From a virus (Duplodnaviria > Caudoviricetes): a stretch of DNA of 60,622 bases. The notes below the pieces were generated by a model that saw only the letters and a program-made list of their open reading frames with translations, was not told the DNA's origin and made no database searches. The position numbers and the translations under genes are program-made. Below are positions 16,201 to 28,000 of this stretch, in pieces (position 1 is the first letter of the stretch; each line of letters starts with the position of its first letter). Where the stretch lies: positions 1 through 60,622 of the IMG/VR virus record IMGVR_UViG_3300037343_000158; one strand, 5' to 3'.

Positions 16201-17867
16201 GGCCGACAGGTTCTCAAGGTGAAGTTGGCCCTACTGGTGCTGACTCAACAGTTGCAGGACCAACGGGTGCCGCAGGAGAATTTGTACCTAAGTCTGATAG
16301 CCCTCCATTATCTCCAGAGCCAGGCGAGCTATGGTTCGACACAAATAACGGAGCAGTCTTTGTTTACTATGACAACTTCTGGGTTGAAGTTGGTACTTCA
16401 GAGTTTGGTGGAGCAACAGGCCCCCAAGGTATTCAAGGCGAGATTGGGCCGCTAGGACCTACAGGCGCAACTGGAGATGAAGGCCCGCTCGGGCCGACTG
16501 GTGTTGCGGGTGCAACTGGTCCTATTGTTACTGGACCCGCTGGACCGCAGGGCGTGGGCTCACAAGCGCAAGGATTTTATAACACCTTCGCTGAGTTCAG
16601 CGCGGCAGCTGGAGCAACCGCTGGTGCAATTGGAGATTTCTACGTTATCTACGAAGAAAACACAATTTATATCTACACAGCTGACAACGGCTGGATTGAA
16701 GCAGGAGCCTTAATTGGTCCCGTAGGTCCTATTGGTCTCACTGGAAACGTTGGAGCAACTGGCGCAACGGGCGCAACGGGGCCTTCGGTTACAGGACCTA
16801 TTGGCCCTCAGGGGACTTCCATAAACGTTGAAGGAAGCGTATCTACAGCTGCTAATCTTCCTCTCACTGGGAACGCCGTTAACGATGCATACATTGTTGA
16901 TGACAACGGTGACCTATATGTTTGGGACGGGCTTAACTGGAACAGCGTTGGCCAGATTGTTGGTCCAACAGGAGCAATCGGAGTAACTGGGCCAACTGGA
17001 CCATCCGTCACAGGTGCTACAGGACCTGCCTCTACCATTCCTGGACCTCAAGGTTCTCAGGGGCCTGCAGGTCCTAAGGGCGGTGTTGTCTATACAATAT
17101 CTTCAAGCGGTGAGGGCGGATTTTACTCTTCTCAGGGGGTCGTAGGAAACAACCCCAACCTTGTCGCGGTGCGCGGTGAAAGACTTTACATAGATACTTC
17201 CGCTGTGTTGTTAACAAACTCCCTAGCGCTGAGGCTGTCTTCTGGAAGCACCTCAACCGTACCTGGAACCCTCAACAACTCCACTGTTTCTGGTAGAAAC
17301 GGAACCAGCACAGACCCAGTTATTATCTACGATGTGCCTTTGGACGCTCCAGTACAAATTATTTATCAAGACGTTACTGACCCAAGCGTTGCTGGTGTTA
17401 TCGATGTTGTTGATAAGATTGGGCCTACTGGCGCAACAGGCGCAGCGGGACCTGCTGGAACTCCTCAAGAAATTCCATACGCTCCCGTTTTCGGTGGAGA
17501 TGACCTAGGAGTTTCTGGTACTCCCGCAACTGGAAACTACGTAAAAAATGGTAAGGCTATTGTCTTTAATGTAGACATCGACTGCACCACAGTGAGCAGC
17601 TTCGGAACTGCTCAATACTCGATTACCCTTCCTGTTCTACCAGAGCCTGCAATGTCCAACTCGTTTGTTGGAGCATTAGACTTAGACGGCACAGGAGCTA
17701 CGTTGTACAACGTAATTGGCTTTGGAGGTCAGGGCTCTGCAATTCTAGACTTGTGGTATCTCGGAGCTAGCGGAGCGCTAACCGCCTTTACAGGCGTAGC
17801 ACCAGACACTTTAACAACGTCAAGTAAGCTATACCTCAGTGGTTCTTACATAGCGGATAGCGAGTAG
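13215..17867 (+). CDS. giant collagen-like fibre protein (1550 aa)
   Basis: Hundreds of Gly-X-Y (GPT/GAT/GPQ) triplets interrupted by GDxYLxxGDLYVWD and GDAW..YVYYD knob domains; N-terminal anchor-like domain. Confidence 0.88.
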   Translation: MNFSPDVNTRNVVGKYLKGTGLPASGTVVFTASSRIEDVDDATIVANPIVLTIDSNGEFTVELPCTDDLDLSPRGWYWTAKIRIKGSRPKEFRFYLPIGDESDVDITKLDTVDTVTTSPAGSDVARGSVGPQGATGPTGAGEQGPQGPTGPSGGPTGATGAQGNIGNIGPTGAAGTSVTIVGSLASTGDLPTTGDIGDGYLINGDLFVWDNVNSEWDNVGTIQGPVGGTGATGAAGTTGDAGPAGATGPTGIQGATGAIGATGATGPTSTVQGPIGVTGPTGPIGLQGNLGNTGPAGVAGPTGTAGPTGSIGSTGATGVAGPTGIQGVTGAVGATGATGASGVQGNTGTTGASVTGATGAVGATGATGSNGLVGSTGAQGPQGVLGATGAVGATGATGSQGLVGATGASVTGATGAAGAVGATGATGSQGATGAQGVAGPTGATGSVGSDSTVAGPQGATGVQGPTGVAGATGPIGNFGGASFDYTFSTSVADTDPGTGKIKFNNADLQSATNLFIDDEADGAIDVQQFLRTIDDSTSPIKGHVRITNKVDSNDFAIFAITGAITEATGYFRVPVSYLSGLATSFSNLEDIIATFARTGDIGPQGIRGETGPTGATGAIGETGPAVTGPTGAASTQVGPTGSTGATGAGIQGPTGVAGPLGPTGAIGATGATGSTGPQSNVLGPTGPTGPIGLQGNLGNTGPTGATGAVSTTPGPTGATGNDSTVQGPQGEQGVTGPTGADSTVAGPQGVTGPTGSTGSQGEIGVTGPTGQTGPSGPTGADSTVEGPLGPTGATGSTGAQGTGVTILGSYATLGELQASEPTGNPGDGYLVTGDLYVWDDVDGSWNNVGSIQGPIGPLGPTGQTGPTGQTGSQGELGAFAVTNVTPPSSPDAGDAWYNSETGRIYVYYDNFWVETSAAPIGPTGATGDVGPTGADSTVTGPQGVTGPTGYRGITGPQGEVGPTGATGADSVVAGPQGITGPIGETGPTGAASTVVGPTGSQGEVGPTGADSTVAGPTGAAGEFVPKSDSPPLSPEPGELWFDTNNGAVFVYYDNFWVEVGTSEFGGATGPQGIQGEIGPLGPTGATGDEGPLGPTGVAGATGPIVTGPAGPQGVGSQAQGFYNTFAEFSAAAGATAGAIGDFYVIYEENTIYIYTADNGWIEAGALIGPVGPIGLTGNVGATGATGATGPSVTGPIGPQGTSINVEGSVSTAANLPLTGNAVNDAYIVDDNGDLYVWDGLNWNSVGQIVGPTGAIGVTGPTGPSVTGATGPASTIPGPQGSQGPAGPKGGVVYTISSSGEGGFYSSQGVVGNNPNLVAVRGERLYIDTSAVLLTNSLALRLSSGSTSTVPGTLNNSTVSGRNGTSTDPVIIYDVPLDAPVQIIYQDVTDPSVAGVIDVVDKIGPTGATGAAGPAGTPQEIPYAPVFGGDDLGVSGTPATGNYVKNGKAIVFNVDIDCTTVSSFGTAQYSITLPVLPEPAMSNSFVGALDLDGTGATLYNVIGFGGQGSAILDLWYLGASGALTAFTGVAPDTLTTSSKLYLSGSYIADSE
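14046..14089 (+). repeat. 44-bp perfect direct repeat, second copy at 15267..15310
   Basis: ACAGGCCCAACTGGGCCGATAGGTCTTCAGGGTAATTTAGGTAA occurs twice, including synonymous positions. Confidence 0.85.
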
Positions 17868-17874
17868 GGCAATA

Positions 17875-18579
17875 ATGGCAGCGATTGATTTTCCATCCAA
17901 CCCATCAGTAAACGATGAATATACAAACGGTATAAACACTTATGAATGGGACGGTCAAGCATGGCGTCTTGTCCGCACAAGTGCGGTTGGGCCAACTGGC
18001 CCGACTGGACCAATAGGCGCTGACTCAGACGTTGTAGGACCTACAGGGCCTGACGGTGCTATCGGACCTACAGGTCCCGCGGGAGCTGACTCAGACGCCA
18101 TCGGCGAGCAAGGACCTCAGGGTGCAACGGGTGCAACGGGTTCTTTTGCAATCGAGCCTTGGCAGACTTACAGTCCTGTTTTGACTGCCAGCGTTACAAA
18201 TCCAACAATTGGGAATGGCAGCGTTACTGGTAGGTACACATTTATTGGCGCATCTATTTACGGCGAAATAAGAGTTATTGCTGGCACAACGGGCTTTAAT
18301 CGAGGCGAGGGAGTCTACAAAATAAGTCTCCCTGCAGCAGGAGTAATTGAAAACTATCAACCCGTGGGACAAGTAGTTGTACGAGATGAGGGTCCAGGGG
18401 TTACTTACTTTGGAACTGCAATTTTTAACAACGATAATGCCAGCGTGCTAGAGCTCTTTATTCACGGACAGGTAGCTCAGTACGCCGAGGGGTTTGCTAT
18501 TACCCACACAACGCCTTTTTTGTTCAGCGCTAACGACAAAATTTTAATTCAGTTCACCTATGAAGCAGACTTGGGCTAG
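17875..18579 (+). CDS. short collagen-like fibre protein
   Basis: MAAIDFP N-terminal domain, short Gly-X-Y run, beta-rich C-terminal head. Confidence 0.8.
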   Translation: MAAIDFPSNPSVNDEYTNGINTYEWDGQAWRLVRTSAVGPTGPTGPIGADSDVVGPTGPDGAIGPTGPAGADSDAIGEQGPQGATGATGSFAIEPWQTYSPVLTASVTNPTIGNGSVTGRYTFIGASIYGEIRVIAGTTGFNRGEGVYKISLPAAGVIENYQPVGQVVVRDEGPGVTYFGTAIFNNDNASVLELFIHGQVAQYAEGFAITHTTPFLFSANDKILIQFTYEADLG

Positions 18580-18589
18580 GGGATAAATA

Positions 18590-20473
18590 ATGGCAGCGAT
18601 TGACTTTCCAGATGCACCTCAAGTAAACGACACATTTACTGACGGTACGTCTACATGGGCGTGGACAGGCGTTGCTTGGAACTTAGTTATCTCTCCGATT
18701 GTTGGCCCAACTGGTCCTGCAGGCGCTACAGGTTCTGATAGCTCTGTAGCTGGTCCGATTGGCCCAACGGGTGCGTTCACAATAACTTCTGCAACTCCTC
18801 CCGAGAGTGCTGACGAAGGCGATGCTTGGTTTAATTCTGAGACTGGCCAAATTTATATTTATTACGATTCTTACTGGGTCGAGTCCGCCTCAAGTAATGT
18901 TGGGCAAGCTGGACCACAGGGTGCTACTGGACCGACTGGCGTTGAGGGACCTGCCTCAACTATTCCTGGCGCTACTGGACCTTCTGGTCCAACAGGCCCC
19001 CAAGGAAACACGGGTCCTACTGGCTCAAACGGCTTAGACGTTACTGGACCGACAGGCCAAGCTGGCCCCACGGGTGCAGTTGGTCAGACAGGTATTGAAG
19101 GTCCCGAGGGTCCAACTGGCGCAACGGGTGCTCTAGGTTTTACGGGCCCAACGGGTCCAGAGGGTGTAGAAGGACCTATTGGTCCGCAGGGTATTACTGG
19201 ACCAACTGGAATAACAGGGCCACGAGGATTCGTAGGTGCAACTGGTGCACAGGGTCCAACAGGAAACACTGGGCCTTCGGTAACTGGGCCTACTGGTTCG
19301 GTTGGACCTACTGGGCCATCTCAAGGACCCACTGGACCAACGGGCTCTACAGGTGCAACTGGCCCTTTTGGTCCTACAGGTGATGCTGGTCTTCGTGGTG
19401 CTACTGGTGCAACTGGTGCGACAGGCTCAGCTTCGACAATTCCAGGACCAACAGGACCGCAAGGATTTACAGGACCTACTGGTGCCGCTTCTACTGTGCA
19501 AGGACCAATTGGGCCTACAGGGCCAGAAGTTACAGGACCAGCTGGAGTTGCTGGGCCTACTGGCGTAAGTTTCGCTGGGGTAACTTCTTCTAGCAACTTG
19601 ACAATAACAACAGGCGAAGACATTAACTTTATTGTCAACACTGTTGGAGCTTTTGCAGTCGGTACTCGTGCCAGACTTGCCAGCTCGACCTTCCCAACTA
19701 ACTTTATGGAAGGTATCATAATTAACATCTCTGGTACTTCTGTATCTCTAGATGTCGATAAAGCAGCAGGAGTTGGGAACACTTACGCTGGTTGGAAATT
19801 TGTTGTAGGTGCTGGAGAAGCAGGACCCGTCGGGCCAGAAGGCCCTCAGGGGACTGGAATCACTTTCGTAGGCTCTGTGTTTCAAGCCAACCAACTGCCT
19901 GCAAATGGCAATGCCGTAAACGATGGCTACATTGTTGAGTCAACTGGAGATTTGTTTGTTTGGGATGGCTCACAGTGGGTCAACGCTGGGCAGATTGTCG
20001 GACCAACGGGCGCAACTGGCGCAACGGGTGCTGTGTCAACAACTGCTGGACCAATAGGACCCACTGGGGCTACAGGACTACAAGGAGTTACTGGACCAAC
20101 TGGACCACAAGTCACTGGACCTCAGGGTCCGCTAGGGCCAACAGGACCTGCCAACTTCGAGTTAGTCGGGCCTCAGTACTTAAACTCCATAACTTTGCAA
20201 GACTCTGACGCTGCTTCAATTGTGAAGATAAACAGTTCAGTAGTGACCACAGTCACCGTTCCTTTAGACGGCGCTGCGGGCTACACCTTCCCATTAGGAA
20301 CTCAAATAGTTTTGACTCAGCTCGGCCTAGGTCAGGTGGGCATAGTAGGAGCAAGCGGCGTTCAGGTTCTTTCAGAGGGAAACCGAAAGACAACAAAGTC
20401 TAGGTACTCAATAGCTTCGTTGATTAAGCTCAGTTCTAACACTTGGCTACTAAGCGGAAACTTGATATCTTAA
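18590..20473 (+). CDS. collagen-like fibre protein
   Basis: MAAIDFP N-terminus, long Gly-X-Y runs, C-terminal QLGLGQV...WLLSGNL domain. Confidence 0.85.
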   Translation: MAAIDFPDAPQVNDTFTDGTSTWAWTGVAWNLVISPIVGPTGPAGATGSDSSVAGPIGPTGAFTITSATPPESADEGDAWFNSETGQIYIYYDSYWVESASSNVGQAGPQGATGPTGVEGPASTIPGATGPSGPTGPQGNTGPTGSNGLDVTGPTGQAGPTGAVGQTGIEGPEGPTGATGALGFTGPTGPEGVEGPIGPQGITGPTGITGPRGFVGATGAQGPTGNTGPSVTGPTGSVGPTGPSQGPTGPTGSTGATGPFGPTGDAGLRGATGATGATGSASTIPGPTGPQGFTGPTGAASTVQGPIGPTGPEVTGPAGVAGPTGVSFAGVTSSSNLTITTGEDINFIVNTVGAFAVGTRARLASSTFPTNFMEGIIINISGTSVSLDVDKAAGVGNTYAGWKFVVGAGEAGPVGPEGPQGTGITFVGSVFQANQLPANGNAVNDGYIVESTGDLFVWDGSQWVNAGQIVGPTGATGATGAVSTTAGPIGPTGATGLQGVTGPTGPQVTGPQGPLGPTGPANFELVGPQYLNSITLQDSDAASIVKINSSVVTTVTVPLDGAAGYTFPLGTQIVLTQLGLGQVGIVGASGVQVLSEGNRKTTKSRYSIASLIKLSSNTWLLSGNLIS

Positions 20474-20474
20474 G

Positions 20475-21401
20475 ATGCTAATTTCTACTCACGCAATACA
20501 TGCAACTCTAGACGCACCCTTTTTGCCTGCTGGCTGGGTAGCTGTTGACGATTCATCTTTTGGTACGACTACCATAAACTCGATTGCGTACGATGGAACC
20601 GACAGACTAGTTGCTGTCGGGAACTCTGGGAAAATAGCAGTATCAGACGATTATGGAGTCAATTGGTTTCAGACTAGCTCACCTTTTTCTGGCAGCAACC
20701 TTTACTCTGTTGCATACGGAAATGGCATCTTTGTAGCAGGCGGTAGCATAGGAAAGCTTGCTACCTCAGTTGACGGAGAGACTTGGGTTCTTCAGAATTC
20801 AGGTTTCGGGGCTAGCACAATATTAGGAATAACTTACGCTTCTGTAAGTGGTACTTGGGTAATTGTAGGCGCATCTGGGAAGCTGGCCACATCATCGGAC
20901 TCGCTTAGCTGGATACTTAGAGCATCTTCCTTTGGTGCAAGTTTTATAAACGAAGTTTTTGCAGCTCCTAATTTAGTTTTAGCAGTGGGGTATGACGGAA
21001 AACTTGCAACGTCAACAAATGGAACCGCTTGGACACAGAGAGCTTCGTCGTTTATAAATAGCACCATCTACGGCGTGACAGTCAGTGCGGACAACAGTCA
21101 ATATGTAGCTGTCGGAGACTCTGGAAAAGTTGCGTACTCTGCTAACGGAACATCTTGGACTCAGATTTTTCCACAGAGTTCTTTTGGGGCGTCAAGTATT
21201 AAAGCAATTATCTCTACTGAAGAAACTTACTTAGCGGCAGGCTCAGCTGGAAAACTAGCTAACGCTCTTTCTCCTATTCCCGAGTCTTGGACTCAGAGAA
21301 ACTCCACTTTTGAGCTTGACACTATTAATTATCTATTACAAATAGACAACACATATGCAATCGCTGTGGGGGATGAAGGGAGAATAGCGTACTCGCTATA
21401 A
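20475..21401 (+). CDS. BNR/Asp-box beta-propeller protein (putative adhesin)
   Basis: About 7 repeats of I..IAY....VAVG.SGKLATS.DG.SW..R.SSFG. Confidence 0.8.
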   Translation: MLISTHAIHATLDAPFLPAGWVAVDDSSFGTTTINSIAYDGTDRLVAVGNSGKIAVSDDYGVNWFQTSSPFSGSNLYSVAYGNGIFVAGGSIGKLATSVDGETWVLQNSGFGASTILGITYASVSGTWVIVGASGKLATSSDSLSWILRASSFGASFINEVFAAPNLVLAVGYDGKLATSTNGTAWTQRASSFINSTIYGVTVSADNSQYVAVGDSGKVAYSANGTSWTQIFPQSSFGASSIKAIISTEETYLAAGSAGKLANALSPIPESWTQRNSTFELDTINYLLQIDNTYAIAVGDEGRIAYSL

Positions 21402-21406
21402 AAATT

Positions 21407-21643
21407 ATGCACACATACCTGTTAATCGAGCCAGAACTTCATATCCAGATTCTTTTTGGGACGAATGTAATTGACGAAAGTGGCCCTTGGGAGTCAATAG
21501 CTTCGGCAACGGAGTGGGCTCAGGCTTACGTAGATTTTAAAAATTCTGACAAAATTGAACCAGTATTGCCTCAGTCAGAACAAAGTACAATAGAACTATT
21601 ACCTGCAAGTATAGTGGAAGGACTAGCTAATGGCAGCGATTGA
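21407..21643 (+). CDS. hypothetical protein
   Basis: ORF in operon position; GPW....A.EWA motif. Confidence 0.55.
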   Translation: MHTYLLIEPELHIQILFGTNVIDESGPWESIASATEWAQAYVDFKNSDKIEPVLPQSEQSTIELLPASIVEGLANGSD

Positions 21644-22280
21644 TTTTCCGTCTCCTGCAGTTGTAGATGAGCAATTCACTTCTGGTGGGCAAACTTGGGT
21701 ATGGACTGGGACAGTTTGGGAAGCGCTTCGCGTAACACCTACTGGCCCCACTGGGCCGCAGGGTATCCAAGGAATTACTGGACCTACAGGCGTTATTGGC
21801 GCTACAGGTGCTCAAGGAATTCAAGGACCGACTGGTCCAGTATCTGATGTTGCAGGTCCTCAAGGGCAGCTTGGTGTAACAGGTCCTCAGGGTGTAACAG
21901 GTCCTCAGGGTCCTCAAGGTGAGCTCGGTGAGCGAGGCGTAACAGGCCCAACAGGTGCGGACTCTTCTGTCACAGGTCCTATAGGAGTAACAGGCCCCCG
22001 CGGCCCAGTGGGTCTTCAAGGTATTACAGGACCGCAATCTGAGATTCCTGGCCCAACTGGTCCTGAAGGACCAATCGGTAAATTTACCGCTGCCCCTACT
22101 CAGCCAAACATTGAAGACGCAATAAACGGAGATGCTTGGTTTGATACAAGCACTGGAACTACTTACGTTTACTTCAACGGAGTTTTTGTGCAGACTCAGG
22201 GTGGCCAACTTGGACCGACTGGTGCACAAGGGGTGCAAGGGTCTATTGCCCTGAGCACGACTTGGTGGCTTGGCGTTTAA
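21630..22280 (+). CDS. collagen-like fibre protein
   Basis: MAAIDFP N-terminus, Gly-X-Y run, GDAWFDT knob. Confidence 0.82.
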   Translation: MAAIDFPSPAVVDEQFTSGGQTWVWTGTVWEALRVTPTGPTGPQGIQGITGPTGVIGATGAQGIQGPTGPVSDVAGPQGQLGVTGPQGVTGPQGPQGELGERGVTGPTGADSSVTGPIGVTGPRGPVGLQGITGPQSEIPGPTGPEGPIGKFTAAPTQPNIEDAINGDAWFDTSTGTTYVYFNGVFVQTQGGQLGPTGAQGVQGSIALSTTWWLGV

Positions 22281-22352
22281 TTTAGAATCAATGTTTTATG
22301 TAAGTGCTATTCTATTGAATGAACTATTGAGCTGTGAAAGAGGTAATGACTG

Positions 22353-25016
22353 ATGCCTGGATTCCTTGGAGGAAGTACTGGTGGCGGTGGCGGCACTGGT
22401 GGAGAAATTCGTTTTCCTAAAGAGTTTGTCGACCCAGTAACTAAACTGCGCGTTTCGACGCCTGAAAACCTTATTGACACCGACTTTGAGTACGGACTAC
22501 AGCCAACTAAGTGGGAGACTGTTGAGCTAATCAACAATACCCCGTCATTCTTCTCTAAGTCTGGTGACACCACAATTCCAGGTATAACTGCGATTACCAC
22601 AAACGCGGGGACCCGAGAAATTATTGTAAAGACCTCTTTAGGTCACGGATTAGCCGCTGGTATCCCAATTAACGTTACAGGCAGTAAGTCTGTAACCGCT
22701 GATGGTGCATACATTATTAACTCAATTCCTGATGAAACTACATTTACTTACTTGTGTAGAGACACCCAGCCTGAAACTTCTTCTATTGAAGACCTTTACA
22801 CTTCAATCATCACTGGAGAGTTTTTTCAAGGTTCTCAACTGCGTCTTTCAGACTCTGCTGGTATAACAACCGATGGAGATACCTTCTCTGAGCTAACTGT
22901 CACTACCAACTCCCCGCACGGTTTTGGTGCCCAGACACCTTTCTATTTTCTAAACCTGAACTCCACAATCTCACAGGAGTTTGCTGCAACAAACACTGAG
23001 ACAAAATCCTTTGACTCCTCAAACTCTGCAACTGCTCAAACCTTTGACGGCTCGAACACTCTTTCTTCGCTAAACATTGACTGGAGCAACAGCGCAACTA
23101 TTGCTGGCATTGAGAGCGACATTGACTCTGTCAGCATAGCTGATGACACAATTGTGGTTGTCCACGGCGGAACTGAAAACTTTGTAGGCCTTCCAACGGG
23201 AGCACCTCTTTACTACAGCATCGTTGCCGCGGGAGGCTACTTCCTAACAAACCCAAGAGGCGTTCTTTTCTTGGGAGAAACCAGCACCCTAGGAACGTCA
23301 CAGTCCACTATTCAGTTGACAGACACTCCTGGCGGAAACGTAATTGACATTCAAACAAACCTCGCAGGTAAATTTAAAATTGCAAACCAAGCTCGAGTTT
23401 TTGCTGGTAACAACAGAGACCCAGAGACCGAAGTAGGAATAAACTTAATTAACGAAGAACCAAAAACCTTTGACGGAGGCAACTCTGTGGGGCTCTCTGG
23501 GACGGTAACTTCTTACAACAGCTCTAACGTCACAATCCAGTCAGCAGAAGCTCTTGATTGGTACCAAGGCACTATGCTTTTCTACAATACCGATGGAGCA
23601 GCTGCTTCTGGGCTAACTAACAACACTACGTACTTTATCGATTTTCTTATTGCTCAGCCGAATAATGTCTACACCTTCACTCTTAAGCCCTTGCCGACCT
23701 CCTCGGCTATTTCTACCATTTCTGGCGGCTCAGGAACACAAACATTCAAGCAAATTGGCGTATCTATAGATAAAGATATTTTTCACCTTAAAGATAACGG
23801 CTATCAACTAAACGACATGCTTCGCTATGAGTACCCCGTAGGTGGTCGAATAGACGCTGATGAAGACTTTAATTTTTACTTTATAAAAACTCGCTATGAC
23901 CAGCACAATTTTAATCTGAGCCACACTCTTGGCTCAATTATCCCAACTACCATTGAGCGGATAGGTAATGACTGGGGAATTCCAATAACTCCAACCACAG
24001 TTACTATAGTCGGCTTTCAAACTCCGCTTTCCTTTGCAGTTACAAGCGGAGTTCTCCCTGCGGGGTTGACTCTAGACACTTCTACAGGTGTCGTGTCTGG
24101 GACTCCAACGGAGACTATTGACATCCCAGGACGCGAAGTAATTATTACATTGACAGACGCCGAAGGCTCACAGGGTATCCAGACTCACACTTATCAGTTC
24201 AACCAGCCCCCATTCTTGTACAGCTTTAGCTCTGCAACGTTTACTACTGGCGGGGTTTCAGGCAGAGACGGCCCGAGCGTCAGCCAAGCTCGTAACGGTG
24301 TTGGTAACCCCTCATGGGCAAGTCAGTACTTAAACATGAACCAAAACGGCGTTCAGCTTTGGACAGTACCTCAAAACGGCACTTATAGGATAGGCGCTTA
24401 TGGCGCTGCGGGAGGCCGTTCAAATAACTGGGGCCAGAGAGGTGGCTACGGAGCCTACTCCAGAGGCGATATCGCTCTTACGCAAGGGCAAGTTTTGAAG
24501 ATTGTCGTTGGTCAGATGGGCGGGAGTAATACCTATGACGGTGGCGGTGGCGGTGCTTCTTATGTCTCTACCAGTGACAACAGCCCACTTATTGTTGGAG
24601 GCGCAGGTGGCGGTGGAGGCCCAAGCAACCAGAGTTATAAAGAAGCCAGAACTTCCCAAGGCACTAATAACGAATATGGAAGCCCACAAATTGGGTACGG
24701 TGGCACCAACTACAACAGCACTCCAGGTGGCGGTGGAGGATTCTATGGTGATGGAGCAGGAAGTTGGAGAGGCATCGGCTTTACTAACGGGTCTAGGGGT
24801 GGCTCAGGGACATCTGGAGCCTACGGAGGCTTCGGAGGCGGCGGCGGCGGTGGACAGACCAACGGAGCTGGAGGTGGCGGAGGCTACACAGGTGGAAACG
24901 CTTCGCGATGGTCAAACTCAGCTTCGGGTGGCGGCTCTTACGTTTCAGGGTCGAATCAGTACCAACAAGCCCAGTACAGCGGCGGCGATGGCCAAGTTAG
25001 CATCCAACGGGTATGA
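22353..25016 (+). CDS. virion structural/adhesin protein with Ig-like and glycine-rich domains
   Basis: LRVSTPENLIDTDFEYG N-terminus; LPAGLTLDTSTGVVSGTPT Ig-like motif; C-terminal Gly-rich domain (QLWTVP..GTY.I.AYGAAGG). Confidence 0.8.
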   Translation: MPGFLGGSTGGGGGTGGEIRFPKEFVDPVTKLRVSTPENLIDTDFEYGLQPTKWETVELINNTPSFFSKSGDTTIPGITAITTNAGTREIIVKTSLGHGLAAGIPINVTGSKSVTADGAYIINSIPDETTFTYLCRDTQPETSSIEDLYTSIITGEFFQGSQLRLSDSAGITTDGDTFSELTVTTNSPHGFGAQTPFYFLNLNSTISQEFAATNTETKSFDSSNSATAQTFDGSNTLSSLNIDWSNSATIAGIESDIDSVSIADDTIVVVHGGTENFVGLPTGAPLYYSIVAAGGYFLTNPRGVLFLGETSTLGTSQSTIQLTDTPGGNVIDIQTNLAGKFKIANQARVFAGNNRDPETEVGINLINEEPKTFDGGNSVGLSGTVTSYNSSNVTIQSAEALDWYQGTMLFYNTDGAAASGLTNNTTYFIDFLIAQPNNVYTFTLKPLPTSSAISTISGGSGTQTFKQIGVSIDKDIFHLKDNGYQLNDMLRYEYPVGGRIDADEDFNFYFIKTRYDQHNFNLSHTLGSIIPTTIERIGNDWGIPITPTTVTIVGFQTPLSFAVTSGVLPAGLTLDTSTGVVSGTPTETIDIPGREVIITLTDAEGSQGIQTHTYQFNQPPFLYSFSSATFTTGGVSGRDGPSVSQARNGVGNPSWASQYLNMNQNGVQLWTVPQNGTYRIGAYGAAGGRSNNWGQRGGYGAYSRGDIALTQGQVLKIVVGQMGGSNTYDGGGGGASYVSTSDNSPLIVGGAGGGGGPSNQSYKEARTSQGTNNEYGSPQIGYGGTNYNSTPGGGGGFYGDGAGSWRGIGFTNGSRGGSGTSGAYGGFGGGGGGGQTNGAGGGGGYTGGNASRWSNSASGGGSYVSGSNQYQQAQYSGGDGQVSIQRV

Positions 25017-25076
25017 CAATCACTTTAGCACTAACAGAAGTTTTATTATTTATTAGTAAAGTCAAGGAGAAAACAA

Positions 25077-28000
25077 ATGGCTATTGATGTACTCACAGCG
25101 GGTGCGGCTGGAACGCACTCCTTTGCTAAAACTACCGTAAATACTGACGAAGACTTTATTTACTACACAAACACTGGAGAAGACGTTATACCAGCTGCTT
25201 TGGTTCCTGGCACCACATTTACCTACGCAGCGGGTGTGGGCATTTTGACTGGTCTAGTTGACAATGATTTGCTCTACGTAGTCACCCAAAGCGCTAAAAA
25301 ACTACAGTTTAGCTTTACTTCAGGAGGAACGCCTGTAGACATAACTGACGTATCTGCTGGTGGAGTATCTTTCAATCCCCCTGTTTTGGTGGATGGCAAG
25401 CTCAACATTGACGGCTCTACCCCAGAAAATCAAGCCGTAAAGTATTACACCAATCGAGAGCCACTCACTGGACTTACGTCAGGCGAGACTTACTTCCTAA
25501 AAAACGTATCCATCTCTGAGTTTGCTGGTACTCAGGCGCTATACGACTTTACTAGCCATAACTTTACAACTGCAGGTCTTACTGGTAGAGAAGGCCCAAC
25601 AATTACTCAACTTCGTGCTAGCTACAACACGACTTGGGAAACAACTTACCTAACTCAGGGAGCTTTTAGGGGCTACCAAGACTGGACCGTTCCTGTCTCT
25701 GGACTCTACAACTTTGACGTTAGAGGCGCTTCGGGCTTTGACGATTCGGGCGCTGCAAATCCTGGACGAGGAGCTCGAGTCTCGGGGCGCATATCCTTAA
25801 CTAAGGGTGAGATTATCACCATAGTTGTAGGCCAAGTAGGTGACGGGCCTTCTACAGGGAGCAGAAGCGGTGGTGCTGGTGGAGGTACTTTTGTTGTTAG
25901 AAAGCAGACCTCAGACCCTCTTTTCGTTGCTGGTGGAGGTACTCCTTCTTCTGCCACTGTAGCTGGTAGAGACGCAACTCTCACTAACATTGCAGGGACA
26001 TCCACGAATGGACGAACTTCAGGCGGCGAGTCTGGGTTCGGTGGAGCTTCCAGGTTTGGGTACTCTGCTGCTGGTGGTGGATTCTTCTCTAGAGGTGAAG
26101 ACCGAAGCTTCAACCCAGCAAGCGGTGGAGGTTCGTACTTAGACGGGCTAACCATGAGTATCAACTCTGGTCAAGGTGGTTACGGTGGATTTGGTGGCGG
26201 TGGCCAATCAGACGCTAGGTATAGATTTCAAGGTGGTGGTGGTGGTGGCTACTCTGGTGGAGGCGGTTCGAACAGTACTACTACTGGAGATTCTGGAGGT
26301 GGTGGAGGTTCCTTCATCGCAGCTACAGTTACCAACCCCTCAACGTCAACAGGAACTTTTAACGGTTCAACTACCATAAATAACGGTCAGGCAGTGACCA
26401 ACCTAAACTCTTTCAACACTGGAGAAGGTAGCGTTGAGGTCAGCCTAGTTTCGGACTTTACTACTGGCAATGAGCTATACCCAACAGCAGTAGATGCTAA
26501 CGCAGGCACAAACAAGATTGCTCTTGAGCCTGCAGGCTCAGCTTTCCACGCTCTTGTGCCAATCAACATGGACTTAGAGGCTGATGTAATCCACAGTCCA
26601 AGCCCGCACACCCTCACTACAGGCGAAGCAATTACCCTCAACTTCACGGGTACTCCTGCTGCTGGCCTAGCCAACGACGGCATTTACTATGTAGAGGTAG
26701 TAAACGCGTACACCTACAGACTGAGCAGTACTCCGTCTCCGTCATTTACAACAATTAACCTAACCCAGCCCTCAGGGCAGTCCGTTGGGGGCTCGTCTCA
26801 ACTGAGCCGAGTTGTGGTAAACACAGCAACCAACACTCTAACTATAAGCAACCACGGATTCCTAGTGGACCAGCCGCTCCAATACAGCAAGGGTGACGAG
26901 ACTGACACGGCTATTGGCGGTCTTCAGGATGGACTTACTTATTACATCGCTGAGGTAATAAACGCCAACCAAGTTAAGCTAAAGAACGCTTTTAATAGCC
27001 CTACAACAATCAACTTTACGGGGCCTGGAACTGGCACAGGGCACAGTTTTATATTTTTGACTGTGAACATTTTAGAAGACACTCTTTACATCCCTAACCA
27101 CGGGCTAGTAGATAACCAGCGCGTTATATATACCAGCAACTCAAACGATGCTGTCACGGGGCTTGTAGAGGGCCAAACTTACTTTATTAGAGTTGTAGAT
27201 GCTAGCATTATCAAATTAGCGATAACTGCTAACTTAAACAGTGCTTTTGCGAACATAACAGCTGCAGGTGTTGGTACGCATTCTCTAATTCTGACATCTA
27301 TTGATTTTGCTAATGACACAATTTCTATCCCCTCTCACGGATTCCTTGGCGGAGAGCTAGTCAACTATGACTCTAAGAGTCAAACAGTCATCACTGGACT
27401 TACCACCAACACGCCTTACTACGTAATCGAAGTTGATGGTGACAACCTAAAGCTTGCCACAACCCCCGAGAACGCAATAACAGGTAATGCCGTAGACCTT
27501 TTGGCTTCTCCTGCCGCGGTTGGGCGTCACACGTTGCAATCTTTGACAAACACTCCCGACGGAATTTATGACGTCAACTCAGTGCCGTCTCCAACCACCT
27601 TTACTGCAATAGCAAAGGGAAGTGTTCCAGTAATTGAGAAGCTGTTCAACCCTAGAGCTGCAATAAACTTAACTCTAGATACTATCCTTCTGCCTTCTCA
27701 TGGATTCTCTACTGGAACAAAGGTAAATTATTCCCAAGGAGCTTCAGCAACAGACATCGAGGGACTGGTTGATACCACAGACTACTTTATTGTAACTGTT
27801 AACAGGGACAACGTACGCCTAGCTTCCTCTGCTGAGTTTGCTGCTTCTGGAGTGACAGTGCCAATCACAGGCTACGGAACTGGCATTGCTCACACACTTA
27901 CTACCAGCCAGATAAACGGTAACCTAACTGGGGCAGGGTCTGTAACCGTTGCTCAAGGCTCAGTTCTTGTAAACGGACAGGGAACCTCTTTTGCTAAGAT

